64,000 nucleotides of DNA from Lytechinus pictus (lineage: Eukaryota), in the NCBI RefSeq assembly GCF_037042905.1, contig NW_026974140.1:372001-436000 (forward strand), written 5' to 3'. Positions 11,568-23,252 of the stretch are shown piece after piece (positions within the stretch are counted from its first letter, which is position 1; every line of letters begins with the position of its first letter). Under the pieces are notes generated by a model that worked only from the letters and a program-made list of their open reading frames with translations, ran no database searches and was not told the origin of the DNA. The translations under genes and the position numbers were made by a program.

Positions 11568-14507
11568 ATGGACATTTTTTATATGTTCAATACAAACAAT
11601 ATATCATCTGATAATAACTATTACTCAACCGAAGATTTTACTTCTAGATTTAGAGACATGGAACATAAATTCAGTTTGCTTCATATTAATGCTCGTAGTT
11701 TGAACAAAAATTTTGAGTCATTGAAATGATTACTTTTCACTTTAAACAATTTCAAATTTTCCATTATTGGTGTCACGGAAACATGGCTTCACAATACTTC
11801 ACCTAACATATTCAGTTTGGAAAACTATAATCTCATTAGGCGTGACCGGGAAGATCAAAGAGGAGGAGGTGTAGTATTTTACATCAGTGAACATTTACAA
11901 TTCAAAGTAAGGAAAGAAATATCATTAAAACAGAGTGAAACTTTATTCATATAAATCACGAAGCCAAAAAGCAAAAATATAATTATTGGATTGATTTACA
12001 GACCCCCTCATGATAAAGTAAATTTATTTTTGTGAAGACCTGGAAACGTGCATTCATACTATTAGAAAAGAAGAGAAACAAATATATTTAATGGGTGATT
12101 TTAACATCAACCTGTTATCCCAAAATAATGAACATGATTTATTCCTACACACAATGCATTCATTTGGCTATTATCCCCATATAGATAAACCGACCAGAAT
12201 TGATAGCCATTCATCAACACTTATCGACAACATTTTTTCAAATATATTAAACAGAGATATTACCAGCGGATTGTTAATATCTGATATATCGGATCATTTG
12301 CCGGTTTTTTTCATTTTGCGATAATGATATTCCAAAAGAAAATATACTCAAATCGACAATGTATAGAAAAGAATCTCAAAATAACATTGAATCGTTTAAA
12401 AGGGATCTTGCTATTGAAGAATGGTTGGATGTATTTAATGAGTCTAATTCAAACATTGCATACACAAATTTTAACAATAAATTGCAGACATTTTACGAGA
12501 AAAATTTTCCTCTGATACCACTGGTCAAAAGAAAGAAGGCAAAAATGCCATGGATTTCTAAAGCAATTTCAAGATCCATACGTACCCGAAATAAACTTTA
12601 CAAAGCATTTTTAAAGAACCCTTCTATTCAAAACAAAAATAAATACAAAACTTATAGAAATAGACTAACCAATACAATTCGAGCTTCTCGCAAATTATTT
12701 TATTCCGAGAAGCTTTACAAAGTCAAATCAAACATGAAAGCAACATGGGAGATTATAAATGATTTGATTGGCAAGAAACCCAAAATATTACCCAAAGATA
12801 ATTTCACAGCTCATGATGTTGCGATAAATTCAGAAGATGTAGCTGATACCTTTAATTCCTTTTTTGTTAACTTAGGACCCTCATTGGCAAACAAACTTGA
12901 CAGAACTGATGAAAATTTTGGAAATTTTCTTCCCACACCCATTAACTCTTCTTTATTCTTTAACCCAACAAATGTTCAGGAATTAATTGAAATAACAAAA
13001 AATCTCAAATCAAGCAAATCACAGGGAATTGATAGAATTAGTACTTTCCTTCTTAAGCAGATCATACACTATATTGCCTCTCCTTAGTGTCATATTTTTA
13101 ATCTGTCGATTAGCACCGGAATATGTCCTGATTCCCTAAAAATTGCAAAGGTAAATCCTGTTTAAAAAAAAGACAATCCGCATGAAATAACAAATTACAG
13201 GCCTATTTCTATTCTTCCCAGCATTTCCAAAATATTAGAGAAAATTATTTACAATAGACTTTATAAGTTTCTAGATACTTTTCATTTTCTAAATTCTAAC
13301 CAATATGGATTCAGGAAAGGACATTCGACTGATCGGGCGTTAATACAAATATACGATAAAATTACAAATGCAATGGCAAAAAAAAGAACATATAATAGGC
13401 GTATTCATGGACTTAAGCAAAGCCTTTGACACTCTTGACCACCAGATATTACTTAAAAAACTTGAAAATTTTGGAATTCGCGGAATTACACTATCTTGGT
13501 TTAAGAGTTATTTGTCCAATAGAAAACAATATGTAATTCACAATAATATTCCTTCTGATTTTCAGTTAATACAATGCGGAGTTCCACAAGGAACAATCCT
13601 AGGCCCCTTGCTTTTTTTAATATATATCAATGATTTGACTTCTGTAACACCTTTATTATCATATGTATTATTTGCAGATGACACCAACATTTTTTGTTCA
13701 CATAATAGCTTAGAAACTTTAGTAGATATACTTAACCGTGAATTACCAAAACTATCTTTGTGGTTTAAGTGTAATAAGCTTTCACTCAATATAGATAAAA
13801 CAAACTTTATATATTTCAAGCATACACACTCACATGATAACGAATTTCCTTACAATATAAACATAGACAATACTCCTCTCAAAAGGAAAAGAGAAACAAC
13901 GTTTTTAGGTGTCACAATAGATGAAAATTTAAATTGGAATTAACATGTACGTTGTATAACTACTATTATTTCTAGAAACGTTGGTATACTTTACAAAATG
14001 AAAAACATTATTCCACATACAACTCTTGTCATACTCTACAATTCATTAATGTTGCCTTATATATCATATTGCAACATAGTTTGGGCAACATGTGCAAAAA
14101 CTAAAATTAATACAATATACTTATTACAGAAAAAAGCAATTCGAATCTGTACTGATTCCCAATATTTATCACACACAAATCCATTATTCCATAAACTAAA
14201 GACTCTAACAGTATTTGACATAAATACTCTTCAAAGTTTACTACTTATGTTTAAGTACGTACATAACATGCTCCCACCTTCATTCCACAATTTTTATACT
14301 CTGAATACATCTATTCATTCTTACCCTACCCGTAACTCTTCAAATTTCCATTTAATCAACCCTAAATTGCTTATTGCGCAGAAATCCATAAGACACCATG
14401 GTCCAAATTTGTGGAACTCTCTACCAGAGCCTGTAAAACAATCTTCGTCTCTTCACTCATTTAAGGCAAACGTTAAATCTATGTTATTATCAGAATATTT
14501 CAAGTAA
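11568..14507 (+). pseudogene. LINE A ORF2 (APE endonuclease + reverse transcriptase), disrupted
   Basis: LLHINARSL, GVTETW, IYRPP, MGDFN, KPTR, TLIDNIF, SDHLP, DLSKAFDT, GVPQGTILGPLLFLIYIND, LFADD. Stops/frameshifts at ~11728, 12030, 12322, 13085, 13163, 13380, 13941. Confidence 0.92.
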
Positions 14508-16146
14508 AATTTCTGTCTCATATCCTTTTTATCGTGAATGTATTCCTCCTTCGATTTAGTCATTACCAATATCTTCATCATGACCACCATCATCTCCATG
14601 GCCTTCATCATCATCATCATCATCATATCACCGTCACCCTCAGCTTTATCATCTTCATACAATAATATTGCATGAATTCATGTTTCGTATTTGAAAATGT
14701 ATGCCCATTCTGCTTTATAAATGTATTAATTAATTCAATTAGTATAAGTTTGGGATTGTCATTTTTTTCAAGCAATCTGCTTATGATGACAATCCTTCTC
14801 CTGCAAATTGTGAATATCATATAGTTAATCATTTTTGTCTGAAATTATCTTTGTAATACTCTTTATTTATGATTCATGCCAAAAATGCTAGCATATTATG
14901 TTTATTATGTTATGAATAATGTATTATACGAATGTTATGGATGCAGAAGAAAACAATAAATCAAATCAAATCAAATCAATTAAGTTATTTTAGCTGAAAT
15001 TTTCAAATAAAACATACATTTCAGGAAATTTCAAAATCTGAAGCTCTCTTGTTTATCTCTCTTAAATAATGAGATTGCATGGTAGATATATATCACACTT
15101 GCATACAGGGATGAGGTTGAGGCTGATTCTTCCGAGTCATGAGGCAGCTTGAGAGAAATTCCCATAGATTATGTACAGTGCCTCGGACCAAGGCCAGCAA
15201 AATGTTGCCTGGAGGTCAGCATTTACTTTATCCCTGCTTGGAAATGAAAAGATCCATTGATCTGTGCACAAAAAAGAACACTGCTCAAAACATTCATTAT
15301 TGATGAACCTGTTATTTTCATTTTCATTGTTTCTTGCTCCCGAGGAATTACTTGAGATTCAGTTATATCAAATAATATTTTATATCATCTTCATCAAGTG
15401 TTTCATCTTGTTTGAAATTGACGTGTCTCATGCAGAAGACCACAGTCCTTAAGGTTGGCAAGAAGAATCCATAGAAGTCCAGTCAGGAAAGTCACAAGCG
15501 TCTCTGGTTGAAGGAACACATCTAATTTGAAATGAATTTGGAGAGCTCCATGGAGTAAAGTTTTTAAAGCAGCAACACGCTCATTCTGAAGTCCACTCTA
15601 ATAACGATGTTACTACAGAAAGAAGCAGCTCTGATTTCAGTTCTGATAATCAACCTGTCCATAAAACAAATAATAATATAAGAAATAATGCAAGCCCATA
15701 ACCATACATAGCGTGGGTTAGATCAAATTTTGTCCTTTAATTGCAAGAACGCCCTTAGCAAAACATTTTTGTGCACCCCATCGGTGCAGAAATGCCCCTA
15801 TGCCTGCTGGTAAGGGCGTTGATTGCACCGACATGATGATATGGTAGAGGGATAGTGGCTTACTTCTGAGACCATAGTAATTGGCAATTTGCCATGATGT
15901 AATCAAAAAATGTGTGAACTGATCGTTTTTCCCCAAATAAATGAATCATGGAAATTAAAATATGCAATAAATTAAATCAATGAAAGCAAAATACACACTT
16001 TCATACAGTACACCTTGGATGAGCACAACAACCACCCTCCCCCTCCATCAATGGAGTGTCTTCATTGCTGACAAGTCCAGTCAAGATAGAGATTTGTGTT
16101 TGCCTTTTTTCATTTTGCATTATCCTTGGGTCAATGTGTATAGATT

Positions 16147-16289
16147 TATGGAAGCAGGAGACCGTCAAAACACGGATATACGTCGTGTCGTAATTTCAAA
16201 TACGACACGACGTAATTATTTACGTCGTGTAGTAAATTGAATTACGACACGAGGTATATCCGTGTTTTTCTCGGTCTCCTGCTTCCATA
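16147..16289. mobile_element. 143-bp palindromic MITE
   Basis: TATGGAAGCAGGAGACCG...CGGTCTCCTGCTTCCATA with internal ACGTCGTGTCGTA/TACGACACGACGT repeats. Imperfect ~10-bp flanking direct repeat TATAGATTTA/TACAGATTTC. Confidence 0.8.
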
Positions 16290-18694
16290 CAGATTTCGCC
16301 CCCATCCGCATTATGAACATGGTGAATTATTAATGATAATAATACATTTTACATGTAACCTACCATTTAAGAGTTGATAAAATGAATCAATCAGATGGTT
16401 ACAAGAACACACACTGTAGCAGACACAGTTATCGTGGTTCTGAGGTTTCTTGTTTATTCCAGACTTCGTTGTCATCATAACTGTAGTAAGCAATTAAAAG
16501 CAAAAAGCAAAGATATAAAACATGTTCATGAAATTTATATACAAGTTAAGCTCAGTTGCCAGTGTGTTAATAATTATAGTAGTTCCAGGGTGTTTTGATT
16601 AAAGTCACTTCTGGCCTGGGGAGGGGCACTATGGTTCCTTAGCCATGGGCGGCGCAATCAAACAAAATTATGAAATCAGACCTCTTGCTTTAATTTACTA
16701 AAAAAAGCTTGTAATAGAATGCTAAGCTTTGGTGTACATATTCCTTTCTCGAGCATTCCTAACAACTTTACTTTAAAAAATATGGTATCAAAATAAATTA
16801 ATTTCATGTTTTTTTGTGTGTCTTATCTTCTTAAAAGTATTTTTTATTATTATTATTTTCAAGACAAAGTTCATCAGCGGCATTAGATTACTATTGTCAC
16901 TGAAAAAAAATTACCCAATTATGAATATTGACTTTTTACATGTAATCATGTTTTTGTCTGACATGTACTTAAACAAACACAATGTTGCAAAATTTCCGGA
17001 CCCTGTACCTTGGAATTTCAAATTTTGTCTCAAAATTTGCGTGAGACTTGAAAGTAAAACGTCAGTCAGCGGTGCGGTGATACAATTTTGAGTGGCAGAT
17101 TTATTATGAATAATGTCAAGGGGGACCATATGCCCCCCCCCCCCCCCCCGAGTACTGTGCGTGATGTAAAAGGATTGTAATCATCCATTAAACAATATGA
17201 AGTGAAAAAAAATATGTCATCTATATAGCACCTCATATGCCTGTATAAAAATTAAGTTAAGAGTCAGATACAAAGTAGCCCGGGGAGATATTCACGAAAA
17301 AGGGCATATGGGGATGTGCCGCTGGAATGGGTCGCCTTTTTGGAAGAAATCCCTAAACATGGCCAAATTTTTAGATACTGGCCTTAAACATGGGTCCATA
17401 TTCTACTCCAATGTCTTAGGTGCAAATACGAAATTACCTTACATTTTGGGCGATAACCTTTTTCTTTTGCTTGTCAAGTTTTCCAGGCGAAAATGTGCCC
17501 CCCCCCCCTTTGGAAATCCTGGATACGCCCCTGTAATGAATCTCTAATAATGGGTACCTTTTAGCCAAAATGACCAGTAAATATTTGTCCAAAGCAAAAC
17601 TAAGTACCCCCCCCCCCGGCAAAGTAGATCTACATATTGAATCTAAAAAATAAATGTATTTAAATGTATATCTTTTTATATTTATATGTGATGGATATTA
17701 AAAATGTGACTCATACGGCACATCATTACAAATCAACGACACAAATAGACTTTCCTTGCAAATAACTTCTTGTGTAATCTGCCTGTAAGAAATGTAAAAA
17801 AGTGCCCTGGGCGGGCAACTCCCTATTTAATGTTAATACTTCCCCAAGAATGTAGCAGATGTGGCTAATAGATTATTAAAAGTAGCCCAATACATGTAGA
17901 CCTTCTATACCTTTGTTGTCTGGAGAACCCCCCACCAAAAACAGAAAAATAATAATAATAATAATAACATTTTTTTTTTCCTCCTAAGACAAAAGTCGAA
18001 ACAGCAAAATTGTCACTTTATCCCAGGCCAGGCCAAGGAAAGTCATAAAAAGGGAGGTAAACGTTAGAGAGACTCTTAAAAAAAAGAGACAAATGGAAAG
18101 GATTTTTTTCTTGTGAAAAAAATATCGAAGAAGGTAGGAATGGAAGTCTTTTATATTTACTGGATGGCTATTCGCCGTTGAACCGATATAACTTAACAAA
18201 TCTTTTCAAATTGGAACAAAAATAATCTTTGAAGGTCACTCTCGATGTTTCATACATAATTAGAGCCTACACATTTACTTGCTTCGGTGTGATTTTTAAC
18301 AGCACTGCACCGGCAATCACCTGATGTGTTGTTGATACAACCGTGCATTACCGACACAAAAAGTCAAGTGTGGGAGTGGGATTAAAAATGTGCGGTAGAA
18401 AATTTGTTGAAAACATACATGATTGACATAGAATTGTCTGAAAAAAACAATATTTTTTATTTACTCTCTTCCAGAGTCAGGATTGTCGCAAGCCATTATT
18501 TAGCTTTTTCGGCTAGTCTTGTGCTGCAGACCCAGTTTACAGCTGCAAATCGGCTGCAACTTGCGTTCAATCGCAAGCCTTTTTCTTGCAACGCAAATTG
18601 GCGATTGATTGCTAGTTGCAGTCGATCTGGATAGGGTGCAAAGTTGCACTCGATTTGCAATCAATTGCAACGTAACTTTCTTGCAGCGCCCTAC

Positions 18695-19284
18695 TAGACA
18701 TCTTCACCTCAACATTAATGCATGTGCCATTTTTTAAAGAGAATTGACCAGTTAGAGACTGAAAAAGTAGTTCACATTACAAGATTTTTATCAAATTTGT
18801 GTTATTTGATTGGTTACCATGGCAATACAATTTCCAACACATGCAAAAATGTGTCTTGCGCATCTTTACCTCAAAACCAATGTGTGAGCCAACATTCATG
18901 AGAATTGGTAGAAATTTTGGCCATAATGTACTGTTACCATGGCAACGCAATTTCCGAAAACCTGAAATTAATGCCTACCAAAATAATTTTGAAAATGACG
19001 TTTAGTTAGGAAGATATGGTCAATTACATGACACAAAATGGCGCCTACGTGACGTCATGCATTACTGATTTTCATGAAAAGCTTGACAACGATTTTTATG
19101 ATGAATGTCATTGATCATGAACATTTTCATGTTAATTGAATGATGGAAAATTAAAGAAAGTGGGCGATAAAAATCAGGAAGAAAGAAAGAAGAATAAAGA
19201 ATAAATAAAAAAGATTATGACAATCACAATCAATCGTTTAATTAGGTGATACGCCATCAGCGTATCACCTAATTAAACGATTGA
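18695..19284 (+). mobile_element. Helentron/HINE-like fragment ending in a long hairpin
   Basis: Two GTTACCATGGCAA-containing units, GAA-rich tract, terminal stem-loop at 19230-19284. Confidence 0.5.
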
Positions 19285-19349
19285 CCTTAATGCGAGTGTT
19301 GCGATGTATCACTAATTTATTTATCTTCAAACTTTCCTGCATTTTCAAG

Positions 19350-19503
19350 GCGATGCATCAATCTCTACTGCGTATACCATTGGACTAAATTGGACAAAGA
19401 AATTCCCTAATGCTTCGGAACCAATTTACACAAACGCTGAACTCATCCGAGCTGTTCAACCTCACGCGAAGGTCATACTTTTGGTTAGAGATCCGACAGA
19501 GAG
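19350..19503 (+). CDS. CHST15: Internal exon of a carbohydrate sulfotransferase 15 (GalNAc4S-6ST)-like host gene
   Basis: Branch-like CACTAAT ~19310, pyrimidine tract, AG at 19348-19349, donor AG|GTAATT at 19504. Translates (G)DASISTAYTIGLNWTKKFPNASEPIYTNAELIRAVQPHAKVILLVRDPTE(R), matching CHST15-family GEAS...QPxAKxIxxxRDPxER (3'-PAPS-binding motif). Orthology versus paralogy not determined. Confidence 0.8.
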
Positions 19504-19994
19504 GTAATTAAAACTTAAACAATTCCTGAAATATGTGGTAGTGCGGTTGCGTGTTTATGTACAGTTGACAAATGCAAAATAAATGTTTATTAATAAAAGA
19601 AATATATATATTTATGTATATTTACAAGAGATGTATGTACAAATCATTTTTCATCATTTTTATGCGAGAGTAAGTAAAGGCCATACATGATATTGCCGCT
19701 TTTTACCTTATATTGCCAACCGGGGATCCGGCGGGGGATTTTCCCCGATTAAAACGACATTTACAATTTGTCAAAAAGGACACAGTTCCTAAGCCGACAG
19801 TCTCAAACCACCTGCTTTCTCTTTCCAAGATCACCACGCCCATGTTATTGAAAGAGTGTCCCGTACGGAAGGTAGGTGTACACTGCAAATTCTTGAATGG
19901 CCGTGAAACCACTGGGTTTTCGGTGATGGTACAGGTTTATTGCAATTACGTCTACTGCCAGTTTGTCCACTCACCACACGGTTTAATGTAATTT

Positions 19995-20335
19995 CGTCTA
20001 CCATCAGTTAGTCCAGTACCCACATCGTCCAATTACCATTTTGTCCAATAGCCAATCGGTCTAATAACCATTTAGTCTATTATGATTTGGTCTAATAGCA
20101 ATTTTGTCAACTTTTTTGGCAAATAGTCCAATAGCCACTTTGTCAATTTTCATTACGTTTATTGCCGTTTAGTCCAATCGCCAACTGGTCTAAGGGCAAA
20201 TGATCTAATGATCACTTAGTCTACTTTCATATTGGTCTAACAATTATTTGGTTCAATTGCCATTTGGTCTTATCACCAATAGGTCCAATAGCTACCTCGG
20301 CCAATCATTTCGTCCAATATTCATTTTATCTACTA
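19995..20335. repeat. Degenerate ~15-bp minisatellite (CCATTTGGTCTAAT-like)
   Basis: Repeated GTCYAA/GTCTA cores at ~15-bp spacing. Confidence 0.7.
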
Positions 20336-20624
20336 TTGCGTGTACGATGCCTGTGTTTGCTGACTGGACTCCTGTTGCTCTCGTGATTTCTCAGTAATTT
20401 TCACTTGTTTGGTTGTTTGGTTAATATTTTTACGATACACTAAAAAAAAAAATCATTTTTTTCATTGATGTTTGTACTATAAGAAACATGGGGGAACTGC
20501 TTGCATCTGACGTCACAAATACACCAAACGAAATTCCAATAGCTTTTTAGATATTTGATTGATTTCTTTCAAACCTTCAATATTTTTTTCATTATTTATG
20601 ATGTTATTGTTTCAATAAAATGTT

Positions 20625-20765
20625 TAAAAGGGTGAACTTCCCCTTTTATTCTATACAAACAGGGTAGAAGCAACTCCCCTCTTTTAACGTCTTTTGATCT
20701 GTAGCTGTCGGAGCTTGAACTCCCGATCTCCCGATTGTAAGGCGAACATGCTCCCATTGTCAGAT
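20625..20765 (-). mobile_element. Decayed tRNA-derived SINE
   Basis: Minus strand GAGCATGTTCGCCTTACAATCGGGAGATCGGGAGTTCAAGCTCC resembles a tRNA anticodon arm plus B-box. Not a complete cloverleaf. Confidence 0.45.
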
Positions 20766-23252
20766 TGTCGAACACACAATGGTTATCAATAGAATCGTTC
20801 CAAAGTAATTCCTGGAGATCTGTAAGATTCACTGTCAACCGTCTATAACAATAATAAATGGATTGTCATCAGTTATGCCATACATGAATTTGATTAGTGC
20901 TATCATATTGTACTTATCCCCCCCCCCCCCCACAATAATCAATATATAGGACTTAGCTAGGTAATCATGTCCTTTGTGTCATGACGGGTCATATGGGAAT
21001 TCAAAATGGCAGATGAAGTGTGTTATGTGTTATATGTTCTTTATCTATCCATATTTGAAATTAACATACAATACAAGTTTATGCTTCATAATACAAATTT
21101 ACAGTGTCACAGGTAATGTAGAACTCAGGAAAACATTTTTGAAAGATATTTCTTAATAGCCATCTTAAATTTAAAAGTGGCGGTCATTTTCAGCTAACTC
21201 AGTGGATCAATCCCTGGGGCAGCAATATTCTAAAGCCAGCAGGCCGATACCTGCCTGTACATGTATGTCTAAAATGCAGTGCCTCAAATTATTTAAAACT
21301 CAAGAAAATGATTTTTATGAATTTTCATGATAGTCAATCCTCTCTAGAATTCAAGATGGTCGCCATTTTGCAGCATATCTATTGGACAGATTACTAGGGG
21401 AAATTTCAATACCCCAAGATGCAAAATTTCAAAATAATACCTACGTCATGATTATGATACTTGATTTTTTTTTAATGATTTTTTTTTCATGGCAGCCATC
21501 TTGGATATCAAGATGGCTGCCATTTTGCAGCTGAGGTATCACGAGCCTAAAACATTTCCCATAGACTCGTGTGTTAAAGAGGCGCTCTAAAAAGGATGAA
21601 ATTCGAGAATTGAATGTTTACTACCAGTGGATAGGATATGTCTGACATTTTTATTATCTAAATGGAAAAGGGTACCTCGACCAGCTCATTTTAAAAATAA
21701 ATCGGCATTTATGAAAGCTACTCCTGACATGATCAAATTCATCACTTGAGACAGTAAAATGGCAATACTTCTTCCGGCAGTAAAAAAAAATAGTTCCAAA
21801 GTGGTGATATATCTTCCCAATTTGAAAAAAAAAGAAGTTCAGTAGGAAGTTTCCCTCCCTAGAATCAGTGTTAGATTATCAATCATATTCATTAATTAGT
21901 GGGACACGAGTGGGGCACGAGCATAACAGTTCAGTCACCGTGAAAGTACAGCACGGTTTACAGTTAGTGGGACCAGAGTAAAAGAATCCGAATCATCAGG
22001 GGAAAATACAGCGAAACTTGCCTGTAATTTCATGCAGCCCAAAACTACTCCATACATACTGGAATGTCCATATAACCAATGCATATTAAAGCATCCTTTC
22101 AGAGAAAAATGAACGCATTCTGTCAGTGTCTCGTCAGAATTCCAGAGTTCGAATTCGAACGGCATAGAAGATTACGCATGGAAGATGTTCCTCTATCATA
22201 TACATCAATACCGTCATGTTCATTCGTATACCTGTGTTTAAATTGTAAATTTCGGAGAATAAACAAATACAATACAAATACAGATACAATATTGGCCATT
22301 CATAACAAAGACAAACAGAGAGAGAAGTAACCTACGTATATTTACAACGAGCGTATACTGTAAAAGCATGGCAAAAAACCTAAACACGACTTGGACAATA
22401 ATCTTTTTAAGGATACTGAAGGCCTTAGAAGTTCGGAAGTTCGTGTGTTTGTGACCAATAAGTTCAGTTCAGTACTTCACGATCAAAATCGAGTGTGCAG
22501 AGAGAGGTACATGTTGAAGTAAATGGGAGATAACGATGTCGGATGTACACGAAATTCAACAGAAATCAGGTCAATTATGTGGAATGTGATTATGTTAAGA
22601 CAGTTGAAATAATCGATAAGGCAAGCAATTAAAAACATTGATAAGCTTCAGTTCAGTTCAGTTTGGTTTATTTTTATTTCAACTCAAGTCAATCTAACAG
22701 CAAATAAATCATTACAAATATATAAATGAATACGCAAGTATATACAGTATGACAAAATGACATAGATAAATAAATATTTACAATAGACACGAAACAATAT
22801 AGCCATATTAATAATGATATTTACAATGAACTAGGTATTCATAATAATAACTGTAGCCTATTCATGATAAAGAATTTTGCATATAATTTCTTTTATTTAT
22901 CTTTACTATTTAAATAAATGTTGAGGAAATGGAGGGATCCACTAAAAAGCAGGGCTTGTTGAGTGTGGATTCCTCAAAGAATAAGTTAAAAGACAGGTGT
23001 GTAGGTATAAGTATAAATGCAAGAACGAGAAAAAAATCCTTAAAATGCTATTGTGATGGATGGAGTACGGAAATGATGGATGAATGTGAAAAAAAAATGT
23101 AACCGAGAAGAAAGACTGGTGTACTTGTGTGGATGAAAGAGAAAGAAAGGGACAAAATAAGGGTGATGGCAGATGAAAGGGAAGGACAAAGAGGAAAGAA
23201 GAGAAAGAAAGTAAGAAAGAGAGATGTTGGGTCCTGAGCGCTCAATTTGGAC

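Larger units (their letters stand above)
7165..14979 (+). mobile_element. LINE A: near full-length L2/CR1-group (Crack/Daphne-like) non-LTR retrotransposon
   Basis: ORF1 7327-8193, spacer, APE-RT ORF2 11568-14507, 3'UTR hairpin 14753-14795, AATAAA 14955 then (TCAAA)n tail. 5' end approximate. Confidence 0.85.

Noticed and set aside
15453..15660. Possible minus-strand exon (also 6900-7150)
   Set aside because: Coding-like composition but in-frame stops and no recognisable family; cannot be supported.
20690..20765. Functional tRNA gene
   Set aside because: Acceptor and D stems do not pair; treated as a SINE remnant.
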